A stretch of DNA of 63,922 nucleotides, filler included, from Octopus bimaculoides (taxonomy: Eukaryota): NCBI RefSeq assembly GCF_001194135.2. It is 6 parts of 6 records of this genome, joined end to end, with 100 filler letters (N's around TTAATTAATTAA, not from the genome) between each part and the next. Parts side by side here need not be neighbours in the genome. Positions count along the whole stretch, not along the records: positions 12,217 to 34,739 come from NC_069003.1; positions 34,840 to 56,451 come from NC_069002.1; 4 more parts are not named here. One strand, 5' to 3'. Both the position numbers and the translations under genes were made by a program. Below the pieces are notes generated by a model, which was given only the letters and a program-made list of their open reading frames with translations, was not told where the DNA came from and did no database searches. Every line of letters begins with the position of its first letter. The stretch's first letter is position 1. Shown one piece after another: positions 24,797-35,609 of the stretch.

Positions 24797-25074
24797 GGGG
24801 ATATGGCGTAGTGATTAAGAGCGCGCACTACTAACCCCAAGATTCCGAGTTCGATTCCAGGCAGTGACCTGAATAATAATAACAACAACAACAACGACGA
24901 CGAAAAATACCTTAGGAACGAGAACCCAGGTTCGAAATTTCCCCCAAGACACCTGATGAAGGTTGGAACGTATATCAGCCGAAACGTTGTGTTAACAACA
25001 GACAAGACGAGGACAAATATCCGTCAAATGTAAATAATGTACATAATTTCTCATCGCTTAAATACAGAACTGTA
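24797..25074 (+). mobile_element. Family D SINE copy D, full length
   Basis: GGGGATATGGCGTAGTGATTAAGAGCGCG...GAGTTCGATTCCAGGCAGTGACC-(TAA/CAA)n-...-CTTAAATACAGAACTGTA. The 3' end is defined by the match to copy E. Confidence 0.9.
24948..24993 (+). ncRNA. Minimal type I hammerhead ribozyme-like motif (Penelope pLTR type)
   Basis: GACAC-CUGAUGA-A-GGUUG(gaacguauau)CAGCC-GAAAC-GUU-GUGUU: stem I GACAC/GUGUU, stem II 5 bp, loopless ACGU stem III. Homologous motifs at 2826-2871(-), 24296-24341(+), 24714-24759(-) and 44434-44480(-). Activity not shown. Confidence 0.65.
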
Positions 25075-25504
25075 TTATCTCAATACTTATNNNNNNNNNN
25101 NNNNNNNNNNNNNNNNNNNNNNNNNNNNNNNNNNNNNNNNNNNNNNNNNNNNNNNNNNNNNNNNNNNNNNNNNNNNNNNNNNNNNNNNNNNNNNNNNNNN
25201 NNNNNNNNNNNNNNNNNNNTCCATAGCTAAAACGCACAAGATTGATGCACATCTCCTTCGGAAAGGAAGCCTTGAACTTGTGAACTTTCATTTGTTATAT
25301 TTTTCTAATGAATAAGGCCAGATTATCATTTTTATGCCTTGTATACTATCCTAACAGGTTTCAATTCTACTTAAGCAAGTTGCTATGTGTCATGAAGGAA
25401 AAAAAAAAAGCTCTGGGTAAAATGTTTTCTAAGAGGAGGGTATTGTGGACAAGAAAACTTGAGGGAAGTTTGACCAATATTTGGGGGTTTTTTTCTTATA
25501 CTAA

Positions 25505-28500
25505 ATGGACAACCTAAATATAATCATATGTTCAGTCAACTGTAGGGGCCTTAATGATCAAGAAAAAAAAAAAGAAAGGATGTTTTGCATTTTTTGAGAG
25601 CGAAAAAAATGTAAAATATACTTCTTGCATGATACCCACTTTTTGAAAGAAAAAGAATCTCTCATTAGAAGTGAATGGGGTGCTGAGACAGTATTTAATA
25701 GTAATAATGGATAGGCAAGGGGAGTACCCATCTTATTTTCTAATAGTATTGATTATAAAGTCTACGACAGTTTTAAGGATGACAAAAGCAATTTCTTGCT
25801 GTTAAGCATTGCTATTTGTGAGAGGAAAATAACTCTAGTAAACTTATATGATCCAAATGCAGATGATCCGCAGTTTTATGCTGTGGTGATGGATAAAGTT
25901 AAGACCTCTGGAAACTGTCATTGTGTTATAGCTGGGGACTTTTGTCTTTGTCTACAACAGTCTAGAGATACTTCGAATTATTAACATATAAATAATCCTT
26001 AAGCTAGAAAGCAAGTGATCGATATGGTGGGGGACCTCGACCTTGTAGATATTTGGCGAGATCATAACCCAGAAACTCAAGGCAAAACATGAAGACGTTC
26101 AAAGTCTATTAGACAAGCAAGGCTAGATTTCTTCCTGGTGTCACAGAATTTGTATTCATTCATTTGTCAGTCCTCTATAAAGGTTGGGTACAAATCAGAC
26201 CATTCTATTGTAGACATCAAAATAGAATTTTCCAAAGAAGACCGTAAAAATACCTATTGGAAATTTAATAACTCCCTTTTAAGAGATCCCAAATACGTCT
26301 CAATGGTGAATGAAACCATCAGCAGCGTGGTTAAGCAATACGCCCCCACTTTAGATCCTGACAGAGATACTAGTTCGGTTAATATGTCCGAGATTGGATT
26401 TATTATGAATGATACACTTGTTTTTGGAAATTCTGTTGATGGAAATCAGTGGAAAAACTATTTCATACGCTGCATTCTTTAAAAAAAATCTAGAGTAAAA
26501 AAGAACAAGATCTACTAGATGATACTAAGCAACTGGAAACCAATTTGGTAGAAATTGAAAAACTCGAGGCAAAAAAGAAAAGAGTTGCATCTGTTGATGC
26601 AATATGCAGACGATAGAGAGTTTGTTTTAGACGGTTCACAAGAGTCTTTTGAAGCTACAGTTGAGACATTGAATTTTTACGCTGATATATCCGGACTTAA
26701 AATTAACTATGATAAGTCTCAGGTGATATGGATAGGTTCAAAAAGAGTTAGCTCAGTCAGATACTCAATTTAAATATAAAATGTAACCCAGATCACTTCA
26801 AGCTTCTAGGTGTAATATTCTCAATAGATTTAAAGGATATGGCCAAAAAGAATTTTGAAAATAAATTATTTGAAATTCGGGTAATAATAAATAGATGGAT
26901 GAATAGATAAATAGATGGATGAATAGATAAATAGATGGATGAATAGATAAATAGATGGATGAATTGCGGTTATAAAATCACAACTCATTTCAAAATTAAA
27001 CCACCTCTTCCTTACTCTACCAAATCCACCGGGTACATTTCTCCTCTGGAACTAAACAAAATATTATTTAAATTTCTCTGGAGTGGGAAACCGGATAAAA
27101 TTAAGAGAGTTGTTGCTCGTAAACCTGTTAAAGAAGGTGGACATGGTATGATCGAAGCTTTTGCTTTCGTCAGCTCTTTAAAACTATCCTAGACGAGAAA
27201 GTTGCTGGACGATGAATCCAAATCGAAACACTTATGCCATGCCACCGCCACATAAAAACTGAAAAAATTAGCTGTATTTGGTAACGTTTTCCCGAGCAAA
27301 CTAGCAAACACGATCAGAAATGATTTTAGGCGTGATTGTATTTCTGCTTATAATAAGTTTACAAATAAGACGGAGCCTAATCCACTTGATGAATTCATAA
27401 CAGAACCAATTTACTTTAATAAACACTTAAGTGTCGGTAGAGAGGCAATCTTTTTTCCTGCGTGGTTTGAGAGAGGTGTTCGCAAGATTCGTGACTTTAT
27501 CAATTTAGATGGGTCTTATCATACCCTAGAAGAATTCCAGAATTTTTAAAAACTAGATACAAATTTTCTTCAGTATAATGGGCTTATCAGAGGGATTAGA
27601 AGCTACCAAATAAAGTTTAAAATAAGCAAACCTACTGCTTTCAACATTTAGCGGATAACGCAGCTATCCGAAAGCTCATCTCTGTTAGGAAAGGAGTCAA
27701 ACGATACAACTACGTTTTAAACAATGTTGAGACTTGTTTAATAGTCAAACAAAAATGGGAAGAGTGTATGCTTGATGAACTGGAATAGAAAAAAATATTT
27801 TTACTACTTACGAAGACGAGAACAGATACTAAATTACGATGGTTCCAGTTTAGAATTATACACAATATTCTAGCAACTAATTCTCTATTATTCAAAATTA
27901 AACTGACCGAAAGCAACCTGTGCATTTTTTGTCAACGTGAGGTGGAGACGGTGTCACACCTTTTCTGATATTGTGAATGCGTACAGGCCTTCTGGCAACG
28001 CTTCTTAGATTTGCCGTATGAAATGTGCATACATGTTTGCAACATGAAACTCGACCCACAGCTCATTCTATTCGATTTGAGAAAAAAATACATATGCGGA
28101 TAGCAACTTTGATATGCTTATATTATTATTATCAAAATATTTTATATATAAAAGCAAAGTGGTAAAAAAAACACTCTCAGTTTCAAACATTTTAGATACT
28201 TTGTGCACGACAGACATTTAATTTAAAAACAGATTATACAATGAAAACAAGCAAGAAGAATTTTATAAATAAAAATGGAGGCTCTCTACCTTGAGTCTGT
28301 AAACACGTGGTAGTCCTTTAGCGTTACGTCTTGTAGAATTGTATTAAGAGTTTATGAGTGATTGACGAATTAATGTCAAGCAGAGTGGTCTATTCTATTT
28401 TATTGTACTTATTTCTTTTTATTCATCCTTTTCTCTCTTCTCCTTCTTTGTTTTTTATTTATTTATTAGTATTATTTATTTCTATTTTTGCTGCTTTCTC

Positions 28501-28620
28501 TTTTTCTTTCTCTTCAAAAAAAAAAAGAGGTCCTGTTCTCCATGTTTTTTATACAAGACTTCACGGTCTCCTGGCAGTGTTGTTTCAAATCCTAACAGGG
28601 AAAACTAGAAATAAAAAAAA
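25505..28620 (+). mobile_element. L1/Tx1-clade LINE ORF2 relic (APE endonuclease, truncated RT, CCHC), with a large internal deletion
   Basis: MDNLNIIICSVNCRGLND, LVNLY, IAGDF, LVDIWR, RLDFFLVS, SDHS, WKFNNSLL; QYADD..ISGLKINYDKS; FLWSGK; LCIFCQREVETVSHLF*YC; T-rich UTR ending AAATAAAAAAAAA. Many stops. Confidence 0.92.
26889..26964. repeat. 20-bp tandem repeat (about 3.8 copies) inside the LINE
   Basis: (AAATAGATGGATGAATAGAT)n, perfect. Confidence 0.95.
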
Positions 28621-28654
28621 ATATATTAAAGCTATATCACCATTTTCTTAATTT

Positions 28655-28698
<44 letters not shown>

Positions 28699-29324
28699 CT
28701 TTTCCTTTATTCTTTTACTTGCTTCAGTCCTTTGATGCTGCCATGCTGGGGCAAAAAGCTGAGCGTTCATACGCCGTCTTCGACGGGAGAGTCCATCATA
28801 TATAATTATTATAAAAGTTATAATTTTGGGTATCTAAGAGATACCACCATACTTGAAATAGCAGTCAAACTTTGACTCTAAAACCACATTAAGTGTTCAA
28901 ACAGCACCAGGAGAAAAGACAAAGAAACAAGGTGCCACGCAGTGGGACTGAATCCGGAACCATGAGATTGTGAAGCAAGCTACTTGCCACAAAGCCACTT
29001 CTGCGCCTAAATATATAAGGATATTATTGTTTTAAATTTACAATAATATCATTGGCGAGCATGCGTTATAACCATAAAGGCAAAAATTATTAATTAATAA
29101 TGAAGGGTGCTACTGGTTGCACACAGCATGCTAAAAATAACAATCGAAACGACTTAAAATCACTGGGATATGGGTATATCTGGTTTTCATCTCCGATTCT
29201 TTCCGTCAATGGTACGGGGTCTTAGAATTCTTTTGCTCGTTCCTTCCATTTCACCATTGTGTACAAGTGTAAAATTGTGGTTTTAAGTCATTTTGACTAT
29301 TATTTTTTAGGTACCTTCATTATT

Positions 29325-29490
29325 GTTTTCTGCTCTAAGTACAAGGCCCGAAATTTTGGGGGGAGGGGGCCAGTCGATTAGATCGACCTCCAGTACTCAA
29401 CTGGTACTTAATTTATCCACCCCGACAGGATGAAAGGCAAAGTCGACCTCGGCGGAATTTGAACTCAGAACGTAAAGACAGACGAAGTAC
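29325..29490 (-). mobile_element. SINE family A alternative-tail subtype, partial
   Basis: GTACAAGGCCCGAAATTTTGGGG...GGCAAAGTCGACCTCGGCGGAATTTGAACTCAGAACG. Confidence 0.85.
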
Positions 29491-30494
29491 TCTTCATTAT
29501 NNNNNNNNNNNNNNNNNNNNNNNNNNNNNNNNNNNNNNNNNNNNNNNNNNNNNNNNNNNNNNNNNNNNNNNNNNNNNNNNNNNNNNNNNNNNNNNNNNNN
29601 NNNNNNNNNNNNNNNNNNNNNNNNNNNNNNNNNNNNNNNNNNNNNNNNNNNNNNNNNNNNNNNNNNNNNNNNNNNNNNNNNNNNNNNNNNNNNNNNNNNN
29701 NNNNNNNNNNNNNNNNNNNNNNNNNNNNNNNNNNNNNNNNNNNNNNNNNNNNNNNNNNNNNNNNNNNNNNNNNNNNNNNNNNNNNNNNNNNNNNNNNNNN
29801 NNNNNNNNNNNNNNNNNNNNNNNNNNNNNNNNNNNNNNNNNNNNNNNNNNNNNNNNNNNNNNNNNNNNNNNNNNNNNNNNNNNNNNNNNNNNNNNNNNNN
29901 NNNNNNNNNNNNNNNNNNNNNNNNNNNNNNNNNNNNNNNNNNNNNNNNNNNNNNNNNNNNNNNNNNNNNNNNNNNNNNNNNNNNNNNNNNNNNNNNNNNN
30001 NNNNNNNNNNNNNNNNNNNNNNNNNNNNNNNNNNNNNNNNNNNNNNNNNNNNNNNNNNNNNNNNNNNNNNNNNNNNNNNNNNNNNNNNNNNNNNNNNNNN
30101 NNNNNNNNNNNNNNNNNNNNNNNNNNNNNNNNNNNNNNNNNNNNNNNNNNNNNNNNNNNNNNNNNNNNNNNNNNNNNNNNNNNNNNNNNNNNNNNNNNNN
30201 NNNNNNNNNNNNNNNNNNNNNNNNNNNNNNNNNNNNNNNNNNNNNNNNNNNNNNNNNNNNNNNNNNNNNNNNNNNNNNNNNNNNNNNNNNNNNNNNNNNN
30301 NNNNNNNNNNNNNNNNNNNNNNNNNNNNNNNNNNNNNNNNNNNNNNTATATGTGTGTGTGTGTGTGTGTGTATGTATTGGTGTGTCTGCCTTTGGCCCCG
30401 CCCCATAATCGCTTGACAACCTCTGTGGTGTTAGTTAATTCTGTCAAGCTCGCTTTTCAGTTTGTAATTTTTTGTATTTTGTTGTTTTCTTGAG

Positions 30495-30882
30495 GTACTG
30501 TAAAGTGTGAGGCATGGCAAACAATTGAAATCAAGAGCGAAGAAACTGGAGTGTTGCAAGGAATAAGGTTTCTAAGAAGAATCCCAAAAACAGTAAATGA
30601 ATTAAACGATTACATTTCTGGAGCATTCACTGAAATTGATGGAAATCGGAATTTGTTCCTCATTGTGCCGCATTGTGAGTCAGAGTGAGTCTGAAGAGAT
30701 TTGAAGAATGTTGCAATGTTGAAGGAGCACATTTTAAGCATCTGAGAGATTAAACGTTGTCTGTTTAAGATGTGCATAAACAACATGATTGTAAGATAGA
30801 AATTTAAATGTGATAAAATGCTTTAAAAGAAATTTAAAGTGCCTACGTGATAATTGTAAACCTACTTTTGGGCCATCCTATA
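30495..30882 (+). mobile_element. Tc1/mariner transposon 3' portion
   Basis: RIPKTVNELNDYISGAFTEID...RFEECCNVEGAHFKHL resembles a Tc1/mariner C-terminus; ends in TIR-like CCTACTTTTGGGCCATCC followed by (TA)n. Confidence 0.7.
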
Positions 30883-31934
30883 TATATATATATATATATA
30901 TAAGGTTTAGATTTAGATTCAAGATTGAATATGGTACTTATGCGTAGGCACCAGAATATCGTATGGTATGGTATTATACAAAAACCATTCCAAAAGGATA
31001 GGTGATCAAACAATCAAAATAAGCAACACGGATTTCAAAGATGATTGCAGTACGCACGTTTCATGCTACCCCATTTATTTAAGTAATGCGAGCATTACAT
31101 TAAATGCAATATGAAGAGCAATCTTCAGCTGCACGAAAATGCAGAAAATTACAGTAGAATAGACATATTATAATTGTGGCAACATTTCAAATCCGAGTGG
31201 AAAGAATACATAAAAATCCAAGTGGGAGGANNNNNNNNNNNNNNNNNNNNNNNNNNNNNNNNNNNNNNNNNNNNNNNNNNNNNNNNNNNNNNNNNNNNNN
31301 NNNNNNNNNNNNNNNNNNNNNNNNNNNNNNNNNNNNNNNNNNNNNNNNNNNNNNNNNNNNNNNNNNNNNNNNNNNNNNNNNNNNNNNNNNNNNNNNNNNN
31401 NNNNNNNNNNNNNNNNNNNNNNNNNNNNNNNNNNNNNNNNNNNNNNNNNNNNNNNNNNNNNNNNNNNNNNNNNNNNNNNNNNNNNNNNNNNNNNNNNNNN
31501 NNNNNNNNNNNNNNNNNNNNNNNNNNNNNNNNNNNNNNNNNNNNNNNNNNNNNNNNNNNNNNNNNNNNNNNNNNNNNNNNNNNNNNNNNNNNNNNNNNNN
31601 NNNNNNNNNNNNNNNNNNNNNNNNNNNNNNNNNNNNNNNNNNNNNNNNNNNNNNNNNNNNNNNNNNNNNNNNNNNNNNNNNNNNNNNNNNNNNNNNNNNN
31701 NNNNNNNNNNNNNNNNNNNNNNNNNNNNNNNNNNNNNNNNNNNNNNNNNNNNNNNNNNNNNNNNNNNNNNNNNNNNNNNNNNNNNNNNNNNNNNNNNNNN
31801 NNNNNNNNNNNNNNNNNNNNNNNNNNNNNNNNNNNNNNNNNNNNNNNNNNNNNNNNNNNNNNNNNNNNNNNNNNNNNNNNNNNNNNNNNNNNNNNNNNNN
31901 NNNNNNNNNNNNNNNNNNNNNNNNNNNNNNNNNN

Positions 31935-32011
<77 letters not shown>

Positions 32012-32674
32012 ATGTATGTATGTATGATGGACTCCCACCGTGGCTCTGGCCGAATGATCTGCACAAACGATTTGTTTATAGTGATCAAATGTTCGAGGCA
32101 CACGTTAGATCACTCTCTCCATGAAATCGATGCTGTCTGAACAGGTAAACGGTGTATCACATGGCGTCAAGTATCGAATTGATCTCAGAGCAAGGCGAGA
32201 TGAAGAGTTTCGCTCAAGACCACAACGCACCGACCGGTCTGGGAATTGAAACCACGATCTCGCAATCGTAGTGCAACACCCTAACCATTAGGCCATGTAT
32301 GCTCGTGTGTCTATATATCTATATATATATATATATATATATTTGTTTATATAAACACACATATAGATATACATGCCTGTGTGAGCGCCTCGCCTTCTCT
32401 ATGCAATTACCGAACGTATTTTCTTTTTGATTTAATATTTTCAGTTCATTGGTCCTTACTAGTAACAATTGGCTCCCCACAAGTCGCGCGCGCACACACA
32501 CACACACAGACACGAATGCAGACGCGCTCTTCTACATACGCGCACACACGCACAGCATTGACACACTTCGCTGTTTCCTGGCAACGCAACTGCATTAAAC
32601 TGCTTCATTCTACGTGTGAGGTTGTCTTAATCGCTCTGGACTGATCCCTTGGTCCTTGTTATATTAGCTATGGT

Positions 32675-32741
<67 letters not shown>

Positions 32742-33723
32742 NNNNNNNNNNNNNNNNNNNNNNNNNNNNNNNNNNNNNNNNNNNNNNNNNNNNNNNNNNN
32801 NNNNNNNNNNNNNNNNNNNNNNNNNNNNNNNNNNNNNNNNNNNNNNNNNNNNNNNNNNNNNNNNNNNNNNNNNNNNNNNNNNNNNNNNNNNNNNNNNNNN
32901 NNNNNNNNNNNNNNNNNNNNNNNNNNNNNNNNNNNNNNNNNNNNNNNNNNNNNNNNNNNNNNNNNNNNNNNNNNNNNNNNNNNNNNNNNNNNNNNNNNNN
33001 NNNNNNNNNNNNNNNNNNNNNNNNNNNNNNNNNNNNNNNNNNNNNNNNNNNNNNNNNNNNNNNNNNNNNNNNNNNNNNNNNNNNNNNNNNNNNNNNNNNN
33101 NNNNNNNNNNNNNNNNNNNNNNNNNNNNNNNNNNNNNNNNNNNNNNNNNNNNNNNNNNNNNNNNNNNNNNNNNNNNNNNNNNNNNNNNNNNNNNNNNNNN
33201 NNNNNNNNNNNNNNNNNNNNNNNNNNNNNNNNNNNNNNNNNNNNNNNNNNNNNNNNNNNNNNNNNNNNNNNNNNNNNNNNNNNNNNNNNNNNNNNNNNNN
33301 NNNNNNNNNNNNNNNNNNNNNNNNNNNNNNNNNNNNNNNNNNNNNNNNNNNNNNNNNNNNNNNNNNNNNNNNNNNNNNNNNNNNNNNNNNNNNNNNNNNN
33401 NNNNNNNNNNNNNNNNNNNNNNNNNNNNNNNNNNNNNNNNNNNNNNNNNNNNNNNNNNNNNNNTATATGTATATATATATATATATATATTGTAATTCTA
33501 CGTTGGCACAGTAGTACCAATAACCTGTTGTTGCTGTAAGCATACTTATAATGTATTGTAGATGTTAATTAAACAAGGAAAAGGTTTGACAGTGACTTCA
33601 AGCCTTCGGTTTGCTCACCTTCAGGAGATGTCTTGTATCAGAGTCCTGAGCAGACCACAGAAATTGCACTTCCCAAACTTCGCAACCTTTTTTAAGACCA
33701 TTTAAAAAAATATCCTCTCTCCC

Positions 33724-33770
<47 letters not shown>

Positions 33771-33897
33771 CTCACTGAATGCCTCTCTCTAAGACTGGAA
33801 ATGTTGGTGCTGGAGCAACTGATGCCATAAGCTTTCTGAATAGTCTATACAAGAGCATAAATCCTCTCCGCTGTCTCAGTTTTCAGACTTATCTTTA

Positions 33898-34680
33898 AAG
33901 AATCTTACTGTACTAGTATTTGCATTAGAAATGCTCTACAGGATAATAGCATAATATCGTCATTGGTCATGTTATGGAACGTTCAAAATTGTCCCAGAAC
34001 AGTGGTTTCAACTGTTTAGCATTCACGTACAAGTTAAAGGTAGCAGTTTGACTACGGGTCTTCGCGTTACGGCCGAATAAAACAAAGCAGACGTACGAAT
34101 TATTTTTCGAGCAATTGAAAATTATGCAACCTAATGCATATCTGCTTGATCTCATGGCAGCTTTCGAAGTTGCAGTTCATAAAGTATTTAATTCATCATT
34201 CCCTAATACACCTATCGTGGTATATTTGTTTCATTTGAGCCATTTGAGGTATTTCGAAAAATTACAGATTTAGGCCTCAAACAAAAACATAATAAAGACT
34301 CTAAATTCTGTCTTAAAATTCGAAGTTTTTCAGTATTAGCCTTCCTACTCGTTGAAGATGTCGAAGAGGCTTATGAAGAATTAATAGACGATGGAGAAAT
34401 ACCTGATAAATTCCTCGCTTACTTCGATTTCACTTACGGCGGCTGAAGCACATTTGAATATTTGGAAATTAATCAAAACTCTGGAGGAGGAGGACGGGTT
34501 CGTTCAAGGTAAAATGACTCAAATTCTTGGAGGAGATCTATCAAATTCATGTACACGATATCGAAGAATAACTGAACGTCTCAAAAGATTGGTCATTGAA
34601 TATGGGTCAACAAGAAAAATTGATTTTTTTGAAGAGTGTGGCATATAATTTGCATCAATTTTAAGTGATTTTATAAATCC
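33898..34680 (+). mobile_element. Mutator-like (MULE) transposase relic
   Basis: HWSCYGTFKIVPEQWFQLFSIH, VFALRPNKTKQTYELFF, LMAAFEVAV, YLFHLS, LAFLLVEDVEEAYEEL, HLNIWKLIKTL. The canonical DGTF and DFE positions read YGTF and AFE. Confidence 0.85.
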
Positions 34681-34839
34681 TTAGCTATATCTTATTACAT
34701 TTTTTTAAATGATTTTTTTTTAAATACATTTTTCTATTGNNNNNNNNNNNNNNNNNNNNNNNNNNNNNNNNNNNNNNNNNNNNTTAATTAATTAANNNNN
34801 NNNNNNNNNNNNNNNNNNNNNNNNNNNNNNNNNNNNNNN

Positions 34840-34888
<49 letters not shown>

Positions 34889-35235
34889 AAAATATTGCTG
34901 GGCTGATTAACGCCCAGTGAGACATACGTATTTATGAGTACGTGCTCACGTGCGTGTGTGTATGTGTGTGTAAATGTGTGTGTATGTGTGTGTGTGTGCG
35001 TATGTGTGTGTTTGTGTGTGTGTGTGTTCCTGAAATAACAGCAAAATTCTCAATAAGAACCAGTTATATTGACATAGTGATTGTTATTGGTGTCAGATGA
35101 TCTGGAATCAATACTACCAAGTATTGATACATTGTCTGTTCATCTATCTATCTATCTATCTATCTATCTATATATCTGTCTGTCTGTCTGTCTGTCGCTT
35201 TATCTGTTATACCTCACTCAAACTAGTGAGGTATC

Positions 35236-35275
<40 letters not shown>

Positions 35276-35550
35276 CCTCTCTCTCCCTCTCTACTTCCTC
35301 GCCTTATTTTCACTATACATTCCTTCAAACGCAAAAATACCTATATATATTACACACACACATACACACTCACACACGCGCGCGCGCACATACACACACA
35401 TACACACGCTCCATACTAAGCAAATTTCACGTTGCCACAATTACGTAACGTGAATTTCTTTATTCCACGTCCAGTCTACCTACCTACCNNNNNNNNNNCC
35501 TACCTACCTACCTACCTACCTCTCTGTCTGTCTGTCTCTCTCTCTCGCTG

Positions 35551-35609
<59 letters not shown>

